Origin: an uncultured Acidobacteriota bacterium
GTDB lineage: Bacteria > Acidobacteriota > Terriglobia > Acidiferrales > UBA7541
Reading direction: 5' to 3'
Length of the DNA: 64,000 bases
Assembly: GCA_963753745.1 (NCBI GenBank)
Contig: CAVWDX010000011.1
Coordinates: forward strand, 81,071-145,070
Positions 47,568-57,507 of this stretch are shown here, piece after piece (positions within the stretch are counted from its first letter, which is position 1; the number at the start of each line of letters is the position of its first letter). The position numbers were made by a program, and so were the translations under genes. The notes under the pieces are model-generated. The model did not search any database and was not told the origin of the DNA. It worked only from the letters and a program-made list of their open reading frames with translations.

Positions 47568-50369
47568 CTAGTCCACATCCTTTCTTGAGGTCTTGTTCGC
47601 CACATCTTCAGGGAAAACATTGTGCTGCGGCTGCGGCATTGCAGTATCGCCCATGCGATCCTTCCAAAGAAACTTGTTCAGCAGCGCGGTATCGACCGCG
47701 TCGGCGTGGCTGAAATCCAGATTTTTCCCTTCTTTCCACTCTTTCGTGTTCATTTGATAGATCAGCCCGTTGTCGCGGTTGCGGTAATCCGCGCTAAACG
47801 CCGGCTGCTCTCCCGTTCCGCTGAAAAGCGGCACCATCACGGCCGCGCGCGAATCGTTCGCGTTCATCGGCGGCACGCCCAGCAACGCTTCGATTGTGCG
47901 AACCACATTTACCGTCGTGTAGAACGAATGATCGACAAACGGCTTAGCCTCCGCGCCTTCACCCTTCAGCATCGGCGCGTACTTGCTGATCACCAGCGCG
48001 ATGCTCCTGTGCGAGTCCACGTGATCCGGCCCGTCCTGCGCGTCGTCTTCCAAAATCAAGAACGCTGTGTCGTCCCAATAGGGGCTGTGCGACACCGCGT
48101 CAACGACGCGCCCGATGGCTAGGTCATTGTCCGCAACGGACGCCGCTGGCTTCGGTTGGCCTTTCGTTAGGCCTGCTGTGTGATCGTCCGGCAGCCGCAA
48201 TAGAATGAATTGCGGCATCGTGTCTTCTCCCGCCTCGCGCGCTGTCACGAACTCATGAAATTCATTCAAGAATTCATCCGCGCGCAACTGATCCGGGTAC
48301 GCCACCTCAAAATCGGGAAAGTGCGGATCGAAGTGGCCCTGCAACTCGACTTCGCTCGCAACATTCTTCGCCAGAATCGGAATGGCCCACGGGTAAGGGC
48401 TGGGCCCGCCTCGCGGGTCACCGACATTGTTTTCGAGCGGCTCGCCTTTACGGATCACGTCGCGCGCGCAATTCTCCCCCGCCGCTTTCGGTGGACCCGA
48501 GGCGGGTTCTTCCGCATTGTTCTTTTCATTGCACCAGCGGCTCACGATGAATTCTCCGTAGTGCCGGTAAGTAACTCCATGCCGCGCAAAATCTTTCCAT
48601 AGATAACCACCTGTAGGTTCGCCCGCATCCGGAATTTCGTCCTCTGCGGACACGCCGCTCAGCAAAGTGCCTTCCGAATCGTACGTATGTTCCTTACCGC
48701 GATACGCGATCGGCCACGTCTTCTCGTTGTAGTCCGAGTTGGACGCCGAAGTCGACCACACATGGCCGTCCCCAGAGACTTCCCCGCTGTCGTAAAAATT
48801 ATCTAGAATGCCGAATTGCCGCGCTAGTTTGTGCTGATTCGGCGTGATCTCTTCCCCATACATCGTCAGTGAAGGATCGCCGTTGGCGCCCGCTAAATCG
48901 CCGAACACCTGATCGTACGTCCGATTTTCCTTGATGATGTAAATCACATGATGAATCCTGTTTTCGCCGCTCGCGAATGGCACTCGGTCGCCATTGCCGC
49001 GCGACGCGTTCATTTCAACAACCTGCTTTGTGTAGACCGCGAGGTTAGCCGTCACGTCGGCAAGCGGAATGCGCGCCAGCGAGCCGTGTATCATCGCCGG
49101 CCCATAGGGATAGCGTGGACGTCCGTCGCTTCTCTTGCCGATCGGTTGTGGATTCGGTCCGGAACTTCGCCCTTTGCCGCTCGCGATGAGCAGATCCTTG
49201 CCGGTTGCGGCAACAACGGTGGGGTACCACTCCGTGGGAATGAATCCCGCGGCTTGCGCATCCTCGCTGGCGCCATTTTTCGTAAGATCAAACACTGCTA
49301 CCGAATCAGATATCGCATTTGCGGAAAACAGCGTCTTTTCGTCTGGCGAGAGAGTCAGATATTCCGGATCGCTGCCGCCGTATTTTTGTCCCGGAAGTTT
49401 TGTGGAAAGGTAGGACACAACCTGGCCCGAGCCCGTATCGAGCACGTCAATTTCGTCCCGGTCAGTCAATGCGACATAAAGCCGTGAGTTGTCCCGATTC
49501 AGCAGAAGCGCTGTCGGATGCGACCCTCCCGCGAGCGGCGATGCTGGCTTGCGCAAGGGAATAATCCTCAGCACCCGTCCGCGAAGCAAATCGAGCTCCG
49601 CAACCGACGAAGCATTCCACAGGGAAACGAAGCCCCGTTTCCCGTCTTTGGTCATCACTGTCGTGTACGGCAGCGACGCCGGGATACGCTTCATCGTGGA
49701 AAGATCAAACCTATGAATGATTTTGCCGTCGCGCACACTGAGCAGCACCGACTCATCGGAATTGTTACAAGCGACGAGCAAGCTCTCCTCTCCTCCGCTC
49801 ATACCAACACTCAGCCCCGCCGGATAAGTAACGTCCTTGAACTGAGCGCGCCGCAGTTTCCCTGCCGGAATCTTGGTGCGCGGCGTCAAACGCAGGAATC
49901 GCTCTGGAGCGATGCGTCCGTTTTCAAAGCTATAAACGGCGATGCCGTTGCCCGTACTGCCCCTTTTCTTGCCGAGCGGATCGGTAAGAGAGGCCATGCT
50001 CGCATAGACATGCTTGCCGTCCAGGCTAAACGCCAGCCCCAGAAAATACGTTTGCCGCGCTTCGCTGCCCAGCCGGTTGTCCGGAAAATCGGCAAGTTCA
50101 TTCGTTTCGAGATTGAGCACGGAGAGAGATTGTTCCTTTCCCGAACTGTACGCGCCATACCCGCTGTGCAGCAGCACCGCATACCGTCCGTCGGGCGAAA
50201 GCGCGATCGCCGTGGGAAGATTGTTGATGGGCCGCGGCGCGCCCGGAACTGCACCCAAAGATTTGCCGTTCGGCAATGGCACCGTCGGTGGCGCGTCCTG
50301 CGCAAGGAGAAGTGGTGCAGAAAAAAACAGAAGAGAGAGAATGCGAATTCGCCGGATGTGATTTTTCAT
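47568..50369 (-). CDS. exported YncE/beta-propeller + phosphoesterase (alkaline-phosphatase-like) protein
   Basis: Signal peptide; propeller repeats; YIIKENRTYDQVFGD, NFYDSGEVSGDGH, EDDAQDGPDHVDSHRS. Confidence 0.88.
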   Translation of the reverse strand: MKNHIRRIRILSLLFFSAPLLLAQDAPPTVPLPNGKSLGAVPGAPRPINNLPTAIALSPDGRYAVLLHSGYGAYSSGKEQSLSVLNLETNELADFPDNRLGSEARQTYFLGLAFSLDGKHVYASMASLTDPLGKKRGSTGNGIAVYSFENGRIAPERFLRLTPRTKIPAGKLRRAQFKDVTYPAGLSVGMSGGEESLLVACNNSDESVLLSVRDGKIIHRFDLSTMKRIPASLPYTTVMTKDGKRGFVSLWNASSVAELDLLRGRVLRIIPLRKPASPLAGGSHPTALLLNRDNSRLYVALTDRDEIDVLDTGSGQVVSYLSTKLPGQKYGGSDPEYLTLSPDEKTLFSANAISDSVAVFDLTKNGASEDAQAAGFIPTEWYPTVVAATGKDLLIASGKGRSSGPNPQPIGKRSDGRPRYPYGPAMIHGSLARIPLADVTANLAVYTKQVVEMNASRGNGDRVPFASGENRIHHVIYIIKENRTYDQVFGDLAGANGDPSLTMYGEEITPNQHKLARQFGILDNFYDSGEVSGDGHVWSTSASNSDYNEKTWPIAYRGKEHTYDSEGTLLSGVSAEDEIPDAGEPTGGYLWKDFARHGVTYRHYGEFIVSRWCNEKNNAEEPASGPPKAAGENCARDVIRKGEPLENNVGDPRGGPSPYPWAIPILAKNVASEVELQGHFDPHFPDFEVAYPDQLRADEFLNEFHEFVTAREAGEDTMPQFILLRLPDDHTAGLTKGQPKPAASVADNDLAIGRVVDAVSHSPYWDDTAFLILEDDAQDGPDHVDSHRSIALVISKYAPMLKGEGAEAKPFVDHSFYTTVNVVRTIEALLGVPPMNANDSRAAVMVPLFSGTGEQPAFSADYRNRDNGLIYQMNTKEWKEGKNLDFSHADAVDTALLNKFLWKDRMGDTAMPQPQHNVFPEDVANKTSRKDVD

Positions 50370-50375
50370 GCGGCG

Positions 50376-50381
50376 ATTATA
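50376..50381 (-). promoter_or_regulatory. consensus -10 (TATAAT) 6 nt before the phosphoesterase ATG
   Basis: Minus strand reads TATAAT-cgccgc-ATG; no SD. Confidence 0.55.
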
Positions 50382-50559
50382 ACGGTTCCGCACCACAAAA
50401 TTGTAAACTTGAAGGTTGTAAAGTGTTGGCATCGGGTCACCAGAGATCTCCATTCGCAGCCGCGGAGTTCCCGAATCCTACGCCACCGTCCCACAGTCGG
50501 CAAGGATCTCTCCACCCAGTTCTTTCTAGTTCTCCGCCGGACTATCAATTTGCAAAACT

Positions 50560-50598
50560 CGTTCGGCGCTTGACGTGGCCGAACGCCTGGCCTAAGGT
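50560..50598 (+). promoter_or_regulatory. promoter with an overlapping inverted repeat, upstream of the Ldh-family gene
   Basis: TTGACG (50570-50575) -17 nt- TAAGGT (50593-50598); CGTTCGGC-N10-GCCGAACG flanks the -35. Confidence 0.5.
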
Positions 50599-50682
50599 TT
50601 TGCGCGAAGCTAAACTGGAAATGGCAACTTCTTTCACAATGCCACGGTCGCGCAAAGACGTTTGCGCAAAGAAAGGCTGCAC

Positions 50683-51780
50683 ATGCCCGCCGTTGAGGCC
50701 AAGGTTTTTCCCATCGATGCTCTGCGCGAATTCAGCATTCGCGTCTTCCTCCATTTCGGTGTCCCCAAAGACGATGCGGTTCAGTCCGCCGACGTTCTCG
50801 CTTCAGCGGATCTCCGCGGCATCGACTCCCACGGTGTAGCCCGCCTCTCCAGTTATTTTGGTTTGCTCAACGAGGGGCTCATCAATCCCAAGCCAAAGAT
50901 TGCAACCGTTCGGTCCACTTTGAGCACCGCGACCATCGACGGTGATAACGGCCTCGGCCTCGTCGTTGGTCCGCAAGCAAATCGCATCGCCATGGACAAG
51001 GCGGAAAAAGCCGGCACCGGCTGGGTCAGCGTTTGCAACACCAATCATTTCGGCATCGCCGGCTATTACGTTCTCCAGGCCCTCGAGCGCGACATGATCG
51101 GCTGGGCCATGACTAATTCCAGCAAGCTCGTCACGCCCTTGTGGGGCATGCAGCGCATGCTCGGCACGAATCCCCTTGCCATCGCGTTTCCCGGCAAAGA
51201 AGAGCCGCCGATTGTGATTGATATGGCCACTTGCGCCGCCGCTTACGGGAAAATTGAGATGGCCCGCCGCAAAGGCGAAGCGATTCCCATCGGCTGGGGA
51301 ATCGATAATCAGGGCCGCAACACCACGAATCCCGACGATCCCGTGAACGGCGGCGCACTCCTTCCGCTCGGCTCCGATCGCGAACGCGGCGGACACAAAG
51401 GCTACGCCCTGGCCATTATGGTGGATGTGCTCTGCGCCGTGCTCAGCGGCGCGAATTGGGGACCGTTCGCTCCGCCCTTCGCGTTGCGTCAGGAAATTCC
51501 AACCACCAGCGTTGGCAAAGGCATCGGCCATTTTTTCGGCGCGATGCGCATCGACGGTTTTATCGACGCGGATTCCTTTAAGCGGCAGATTGACGATTAC
51601 GTCCGCGTTTTTCGCGCCACAAAACCCGCTCCCGGAACCAACGGTCCGCTAATCCCGGGCGATCCCGAACGCATTGCTGAACGCGAACGACGCAAAAACG
51701 GCGTGCCGCTGATCATGCCGATCGTCGAAGATCTCCGCGCCATCTCCAAGCAAACGGGCATTCCCTTCGATGAGCCGTAA
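50683..51780 (+). CDS. Ldh_2 family (malate/L-lactate/L-sulfolactate type) oxidoreductase
   Basis: ADLRGIDSHGVARL, NTNHFGIAGYY, GTNPLAIAFP, DMATC, GGHKGYAL, LIPGDPE. Confidence 0.9.
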   Translation: MPAVEAKVFPIDALREFSIRVFLHFGVPKDDAVQSADVLASADLRGIDSHGVARLSSYFGLLNEGLINPKPKIATVRSTLSTATIDGDNGLGLVVGPQANRIAMDKAEKAGTGWVSVCNTNHFGIAGYYVLQALERDMIGWAMTNSSKLVTPLWGMQRMLGTNPLAIAFPGKEEPPIVIDMATCAAAYGKIEMARRKGEAIPIGWGIDNQGRNTTNPDDPVNGGALLPLGSDRERGGHKGYALAIMVDVLCAVLSGANWGPFAPPFALRQEIPTTSVGKGIGHFFGAMRIDGFIDADSFKRQIDDYVRVFRATKPAPGTNGPLIPGDPERIAERERRKNGVPLIMPIVEDLRAISKQTGIPFDEP

Positions 51781-51853
51781 CGCGGCGACGAAGCGTTTCG
51801 GAGGCTGCGCGATTCAGCGTTCGCTCGGCAACGAAAAACGCGCGTCAAAGCAA

Positions 51854-52246
51854 CTACACTGGGCGGAGCACCATGACGATTCTTTCGCGCCGGCTGAAAA
51901 GCGCGAAAAAACCGAGAAGCTGTTTCAACGGAAAATATTTCTTGTTGAGCAAGCGCATTCCTCGTCTAGCTTCTTCTCCGGTCACGATTACGGCGGTCGC
52001 GTCCACGAATCCGGCGAGCGGCTCGCCCTTTATAGTACAGGGCGCGATTTTCACGTGGCCATTGTTGCGGATGCGTTTCACTTTCCCCGTATTTCCGATC
52101 GTGTAGATGAAGAGCCGCGCGTCGTTTCCGGCGAGATCGCTGGTTGGATCGGCTGCGAACCACACCGGGGTCTTCACGCCCTCGCCGCTCTTTTTGAAGG
52201 TTTCGAGACTCAGATATTTGTGATCGCGAAATGCCGCAAGTCCCAT
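51854..52246 (-). CDS. pyridoxamine 5'-phosphate oxidase-like (PPOX class, putatively F420-dependent) protein
   Basis: YLSLETFKKSGEGVKTPVWFA, GKVKRIRNNGHV motifs. Confidence 0.85.
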   Translation of the reverse strand: MGLAAFRDHKYLSLETFKKSGEGVKTPVWFAADPTSDLAGNDARLFIYTIGNTGKVKRIRNNGHVKIAPCTIKGEPLAGFVDATAVIVTGEEARRGMRLLNKKYFPLKQLLGFFALFSRRERIVMVLRPV

Positions 52247-52454
52247 AGCGTCGCTCCTGCCCGTTCGATGCAAGGTGAGGTAAATCCGGCACGGAAGGAA
52301 AAGGCGAGCGGGACGTTCGGGCGCCGGATTCCAGTAGGGCTATTTCCTCGCCGGAAATGCAGAGAGGTTCTTCCTCGCTACGCTCGTCAGGACAGATTTC
52401 CTCGTCGGAAATCTGGTTAACGATAATTGACCCCTCCCCCTGGGGTTTTTTCGT

Positions 52455-52538
52455 AAGTGTTGATTCTAAAGGAAAGCGGGCGGCTGTAAGCGGTTTAGAA
52501 AGAATAGTTACAGGTGGTATTGGAAGTGTTGATTCTAA
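52455..52538. repeat. 15-bp perfect direct repeat AAGTGTTGATTCTAA x2
   Basis: Copies at 52455-52469 and 52524-52538. Confidence 0.75.
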
Positions 52539-52873
52539 GGGAGTTGCGGCGAATATTATGGGACGCGGAAAATTGTTGTGGGAAACGAGTGGGCGGGGTG
52601 CGGGCAGCGAGGAGTGTGGCGACGAGAACATGGGGAAGGATACCATGGATTCTCATTACTGTCAAGGACTATTATTGAGTGTATATCATTCGAACGTGAG
52701 ACGGGAAACTGGAGTGGTTTGAAGCGGTTGGCGGGAATTTGGGAGTTTGGTGAGACGGTGGAAAAGTCAAAAGCCCCACATATAAAAACGATACATGGGG
52801 CACCCGATTATTAGCGCTCTGGTTGCTTTTGCATGAAACTGAGGACCGACCGCTACATAATCGACGAAAAGAA

Positions 52874-52930
52874 AAAAGCAGATCCCTTCCGACAGGGTCG
52901 GAACCTTCGGTCGCTGCGCTCGGGATGACA
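52874..52930 (+). repeat. dispersed repeat AAAAGCAGATCCC...TCGCTGCGCTCGGGATGACA
   Basis: 54/57 identical to 19229-19285; internal TCCGAC-N3-GTCGGA hairpin. Confidence 0.9.
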
Positions 52931-52962
52931 CTGGGGTCGACTGGGGGAAGAGATCGCGGGTA

Positions 52963-53070
52963 TAAAAAAGAGGAGGCGGACCAGGTCGTTCCGCCTCCTT
53001 GTGTCCCCTTTCGGGGATGTCCGGCCAGCCTGACGGAGGGCGGCTGGCCGGTCGTGTGTTGGCCTACCTA
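52963..53070 (-). ncRNA. candidate structured small RNA (three hairpins, the last an intrinsic terminator), divergent from rnr
   Basis: Minus strand: CCGGCCAGCC-GCCCUCCGUCA-GGCUGGCCGG; ACA-UCCCC-GAAA-GGGGA-CAC; AGGAGGCGGA-N9-UCCGCCUCCU-CUUUUUU. 5' end approximate. Confidence 0.55.
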
Positions 53071-53166
53071 TTAATCCCGGTTGGACGAAAAAAGTTCCTG
53101 TAAAAATGAAAAAAAGTGACAGAATCTTTGTGAAAGAGTAGTGCCGCGCCGGGGTGCATCCAGCTT

Positions 53167-55779
53167 ATGCCACGCCCATCCTCGTTGAGTCCAGATAACA
53201 TATTGCGTTTTCTGCAGGTTACGAAAGGGGAGGTGTCTGCGAACGAGATCGCGGCGGGGCTACACCTGAGAAAGGCGGAGCGCAAAGCTCTGTTTAAGAT
53301 GCTGGTTTCTTTGAGGAAGCGGGGGGCGATTGAGGAGCTGCCAGGGGGACGGTACCACCTGGCGGGCAGAAAAGTGGGGGAGCAGCCGGGAGGCATGGGA
53401 GCTCGCTCGAGCGGGCAGGGGTCTGAAGAGGCTGGAGCGGCAGGGCGGAATATGCCGGAGACTGGGCGCTCGGCACAAAGTTCCACGGGGAACGTTCGGG
53501 GGCAGGCGGTTGGTCCTGCGACAGCGCGAGATGAAGTGCGGGGACGGCTGGTGTTGCATCACGACGGATACGGATTTGTGGTGCCGGATGTGCCGATGCC
53601 GCAGCTCGATGGAGACGTGTTTATTCCGCGAGACGCTGTGGAAGACGCGATGCACGGAGACCGAGTGGTGGCGAGGCTGCAGCGCGTCAGTGAGTCTCGC
53701 GGCGGAGCGCGAGGCGGGCAGCGGGCGGAAGGGCGAATCGTGCGCGTGCTGGGGCGGGCGCATCCGTCGGTGGTTGGGTTGTTTCGTTATGGGCCGCGCG
53801 GGAACGTGGTGATGCCTTATGACGTTCGAATGCAGCATGAGGTGGAAATTCCTCCTGGTGAGGAATTGACTTCGGCGCTGCGAGAGAAATTGGGTTTGAG
53901 CGTTGCTCGAGGGCAAGGGGCGCGCGGAGGGAGGCTACCGGAACTCGATGGAGCAGTGGTGAACGTGGAGCTGCTGCGTTATCCGCGGGGCGGAGCGGCG
54001 CCTACGGGACGGGTGATCGAAATCTTGGGGCGACCCGGCGAACTCGGGGTGGATACCGAGATCATCATTCGCAAGCATCATTTGCCACACGAATTTTCCG
54101 GCGCGGTTTTGAGGGAAGCAGAACAGCGGGCCGCAGCGGTGAGCGAAGCGGAACGCGCAGGTCGCGACGATTTTCGGCATTTGCCGATTGTGACGATTGA
54201 TGGAGAGACAGCGCGGGATTTTGACGACGCCGTTTACGTGGAGCGGCGGGCGGATGGCGGCTGGGGCTTGCAGGTGCACATCGCGGACGTGGCGCACTAC
54301 GTTCGAACGGGAACGGCGCTGGATCAAGAAGCGCGATTGCGTGGGACTTCGGTGTATTTCCCGGACCGCGCGGTGCCGATGCTGCCGGAGGCGCTTTCGA
54401 ATGGGATGTGCTCGCTGAAGCCGCGCGAGGAGCGGCTGGTGATGAGCGCGCTGATGGAGTTTGACGCGGCGGGGAAGATGCTGAGCGCGCACATGACGCC
54501 GGGAGTGATTCGTTCGGCGGAGCGGATGACGTATACCGACGTGAATAAAGTGATAGAAGGCGACAGGGAAGCTAACGTGCGGTACGCGGGGCTGGCTAGG
54601 CATTTTCGCGATATGAAAGAGCTGGCACTTCTGCTGAATGCGCGGCGCAATGAGCACGGCTCGATCGATTTCGATTTGCCGGAGCCGGTGATCGAATTTG
54701 ACGAACAACAACAGATGACCAATATCGTGCGGAGCGAGCGGAACATCGCGCACCGTTTGATTGAAGAATTTATGCTGGCGGCGAATCGCGCGGTGGACGG
54801 GTACCTGTTGAAGCGCGGGATAGCGGCGCTGCACCGCGTGCACGAAAAACCGGATGCGAGGAAAGTTCTGGAGTTTGAAGAGTTGGCGCGGGCGTTTGGA
54901 TATTCGCTCGGCGTGGCGGATTTACACCAGCGGGAAATTGCGGTGCGACATGGGCGCGTGCCTGCGCCGACAAAGGCGGGGCGGCCGGATTCTTACGGAC
55001 ACGGGCGCGAACGCGGGATGCGCGTGGCGCTGCCTGGTTCCACGGAGCTGCGGATTACGCCGCAGCATTACCAGAGGCTATTGCGCAAATTGGCCGGCAA
55101 GCCTGAAGAGCGCATCGTTTCTTACTTGATGCTGCGCTCGCTGAAGCAGGCGCGCTACGCCGCGGAGCCACTCGGGCATTTCGCGCTGGGATTCGACGAG
55201 TACACGCATTTCACCTCGCCGATACGGCGCTATCCGGACCTGATCGTTCATCGCGTGCTGAAGTGGGCCTTGGAGCATCCGCAAGCTGCCGAGCCCGCGG
55301 CAAGCCATGCGTCACGCGGCGTGGAGGCGACGCTATATCCGGAAACGGAGCTGGAGGAGATCGCGACGGAAACTTCGGAGGCGGAACGCAGAGCCAACGG
55401 TGCCGAGCGTGAATTGATGGACTGGAAGACGGCGCAGTTCATGGAAGCGCATCTGGGCGAGGAATACGAAGGACTGATCATTTCGGTTCAGAAGTATGGG
55501 TGTTTTGTCGAGCTGTTCGAAGTGTTCGTCGAGGGATTGCTGCCCATCAATGCGCTCGAGGACGTTGCAGGGGCGCGATGTGTTTTTCGGGAACGCGATC
55601 ACGCCATTGTCGCGCTGTCGGGGGGCGAAGGGCGGCGGGGTGCGCCTGGAGCGCGGCGTGGGCGAGGAGCAAAACCCAAGGAGCTGGCCTGGCATTTGGG
55701 CGACCGCGTACACGTGCGAGCCGAGCGCATCGATCCGATGCGCCGACGGGTTGAGTTTGCGATTGCAGAGGTCGCATAG
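53167..55779 (+). CDS. rnr: ribonuclease R
   Basis: N-terminal HTH, HHDGYGFV cold-shock domain, VTIDGETARDFDDA, VHIADVAHYV, IEEFMLAAN, YTHFTSPIRRYPDL, S1 domain. Confidence 0.95.
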   Translation: MPRPSSLSPDNILRFLQVTKGEVSANEIAAGLHLRKAERKALFKMLVSLRKRGAIEELPGGRYHLAGRKVGEQPGGMGARSSGQGSEEAGAAGRNMPETGRSAQSSTGNVRGQAVGPATARDEVRGRLVLHHDGYGFVVPDVPMPQLDGDVFIPRDAVEDAMHGDRVVARLQRVSESRGGARGGQRAEGRIVRVLGRAHPSVVGLFRYGPRGNVVMPYDVRMQHEVEIPPGEELTSALREKLGLSVARGQGARGGRLPELDGAVVNVELLRYPRGGAAPTGRVIEILGRPGELGVDTEIIIRKHHLPHEFSGAVLREAEQRAAAVSEAERAGRDDFRHLPIVTIDGETARDFDDAVYVERRADGGWGLQVHIADVAHYVRTGTALDQEARLRGTSVYFPDRAVPMLPEALSNGMCSLKPREERLVMSALMEFDAAGKMLSAHMTPGVIRSAERMTYTDVNKVIEGDREANVRYAGLARHFRDMKELALLLNARRNEHGSIDFDLPEPVIEFDEQQQMTNIVRSERNIAHRLIEEFMLAANRAVDGYLLKRGIAALHRVHEKPDARKVLEFEELARAFGYSLGVADLHQREIAVRHGRVPAPTKAGRPDSYGHGRERGMRVALPGSTELRITPQHYQRLLRKLAGKPEERIVSYLMLRSLKQARYAAEPLGHFALGFDEYTHFTSPIRRYPDLIVHRVLKWALEHPQAAEPAASHASRGVEATLYPETELEEIATETSEAERRANGAERELMDWKTAQFMEAHLGEEYEGLIISVQKYGCFVELFEVFVEGLLPINALEDVAGARCVFRERDHAIVALSGGEGRRGAPGARRGRGAKPKELAWHLGDRVHVRAERIDPMRRRVEFAIAEVA

Positions 55780-55908
55780 AAGATTGAATCGAGGCCACAC
55801 CGCGGATTCGGAGCGCCCGCAGGAGTCTGCTATTCTGAAGAGCTAAGTAAGCACTGGCAGCCCCGGCGCCTTGGTTTGGCCACAATTCATCGAAAGGAAT
55901 CATCCATC

Positions 55909-57030
55909 GTGAGTACGACTACAGTTTCAGAGCGCGGCGTGAAGCGCGTGCACAATTTCAATGCGGGACCAGGGGCTTTGCCGCTGCCGGTGCTGGAGCG
56001 GATCCGGAAGGAGCTGCTGGATTGGCGCGGGAGCGGAATGTCCGTCATGGAAATGAGCCATCGCTCGCCGGAATTCGAAAGCATCATTGCGGCGGCCGAG
56101 GCGGGACTGCGCAAGCACCTGGCAATTCCCGACGAGTATGCTGTGCTGTTTTTGCAGGGCGGCGGGAGTTTGCAATTCACAATGGCACCGATGAATTTGT
56201 GCCTGCCCGGAAAGCCCGTGGATTTGATTCATACCGGAACTTGGACGGCGAAGGCGCTGGGGGAATTGAAAAAAGGCGTCCTGCATAACATCGCGGCTTC
56301 GACCGAAGCGGACAAGTTTGCCCGGCTTCCGCGCAAAGATGAGATCAGGTTCTCGGCGGACGCTTCTTATGTCCATATGTGCACGAACAACACGATTGAA
56401 GGCACGCAGTGGACAGAGATGCCGGAAACCGGCAGCGTGCCGCTAGTTGCGGATATGTCGTCAGATATTGCTTCGCGTCCGATCGAGGTGAAGAAATTCG
56501 GACTGATTTTCGCGGGCGCCCAAAAAAATCTTGGACCTAGCGGGGTGACCGTGGTCATCGTGCGCAAGGATTTGGCCGAGCGGGCGGACAAGAATCTGCC
56601 TACGGTTTTGCAGTACCGGACGTTTATTAAGGAAAAGTCACTGTACAACACGCCGCCGACGTTCGCCGTATACATTGTTGGACTGGTGATGGAATGGATT
56701 GAGGCGGAGGGAGGCATCCCCGGGATTGAAAAGCGGAACAACGCGAAGGCGAAGCTGCTTTACGACACGCTTGAAGCAAGCGGCGGCTTTTATCGCTGCC
56801 CGGTAGAAAATTCTTCGCGTTCGAAGATGAATGTAGTGTTTCGCGTGGCCGGCGGGGATGAAGCGATCGAAAAGCAATTCGGTAAAGAAGCTGCCGCTGC
56901 GGGGCTCGTGGGCACGCCGGGGCATCGGTCGGTCGGCGGGATGCGCGTTTCGCTCTACAACGCCGTGGCGCTCGAGGCCGTTGAAGCACTTACGAGCTTT
57001 ATGCGCGAATTCCAGCGCACACGCGGCTGA
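55909..57030 (+). CDS. serC: phosphoserine aminotransferase
   Basis: HNFNAGPGALP, MEMSHRS, LQGGGSLQF, NNTIEG, ADMSSD, AGAQKNLGPSG, GHRSVGGMRVSLYN. Confidence 0.95.
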   Translation: MSTTTVSERGVKRVHNFNAGPGALPLPVLERIRKELLDWRGSGMSVMEMSHRSPEFESIIAAAEAGLRKHLAIPDEYAVLFLQGGGSLQFTMAPMNLCLPGKPVDLIHTGTWTAKALGELKKGVLHNIAASTEADKFARLPRKDEIRFSADASYVHMCTNNTIEGTQWTEMPETGSVPLVADMSSDIASRPIEVKKFGLIFAGAQKNLGPSGVTVVIVRKDLAERADKNLPTVLQYRTFIKEKSLYNTPPTFAVYIVGLVMEWIEAEGGIPGIEKRNNAKAKLLYDTLEASGGFYRCPVENSSRSKMNVVFRVAGGDEAIEKQFGKEAAAAGLVGTPGHRSVGGMRVSLYNAVALEAVEALTSFMREFQRTRG

Positions 57031-57105
57031 CGAATATCTGAAACATACCCATAGGATGGTTTCCGGCGGTAGACTTCTCCTTCTCCCACAAAACCTTCTT
57101 TCCCC

Positions 57106-57146
57106 TTGCGCTTCGACAAGAGCAGGCGTATTGTCTCTTGTCGAAG
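57106..57146 (+). promoter_or_regulatory. padR promoter with a 12-bp inverted-repeat operator
   Basis: TTGCGC (57106-57111) -17 nt- TATTGT (57129-57134); CTTCGACAAGAG (57111-57122) and CTCTTGTCGAAG (57135-57146). Confidence 0.7.
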
Positions 57147-57164
57147 TGACAGGGGACGCCATCG

Positions 57165-57497
57165 ATGGGTAACAAGAGGATTGAACTTCCACAGGGGACG
57201 CTGGACCTTCTCATTCTTCGCACGCTAGCCCTCGAACCGCAGCATGGCTGGGCGATTTCGGAGCGCATCCAGCAGATATCGAGCGACGTTTTGCTGATTC
57301 AACAAGGGTCGCTGTATCCGGCGCTGCATCGGCTGGAGAGGCGCGGGTGGATCAAGGCGAAGTGGGGCACGTCCGAGAACAACCGGCGCGCGAAATATTA
57401 CGAACTCACAAAAACCGGGCGCAAGCAACTCGAACTCGAGAAAGATTCCTGGAAAAAACTGGCGGCTGCCGTCGCACAGATTCTAGAGACGGCGTAG
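57165..57497 (+). CDS. PadR family transcriptional regulator (ADOP-associated type)
   Basis: [38 protein letters not shown]. Confidence 0.93.
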   Translation: MGNKRIELPQGTLDLLILRTLALEPQHGWAISERIQQISSDVLLIQQGSLYPALHRLERRGWIKAKWGTSENNRRAKYYELTKTGRKQLELEKDSWKKLAAAVAQILETA

Positions 57498-57507
57498 GGA
57501 GGTTTTT

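Noticed and set aside
52823-53074. 83-aa ORF sharing SLPTGSEPSVAALGMT with the MFS loop
   Set aside because: The similarity is just translation of the dispersed repeat, and the ORF overlaps the sRNA candidate on the opposite strand.
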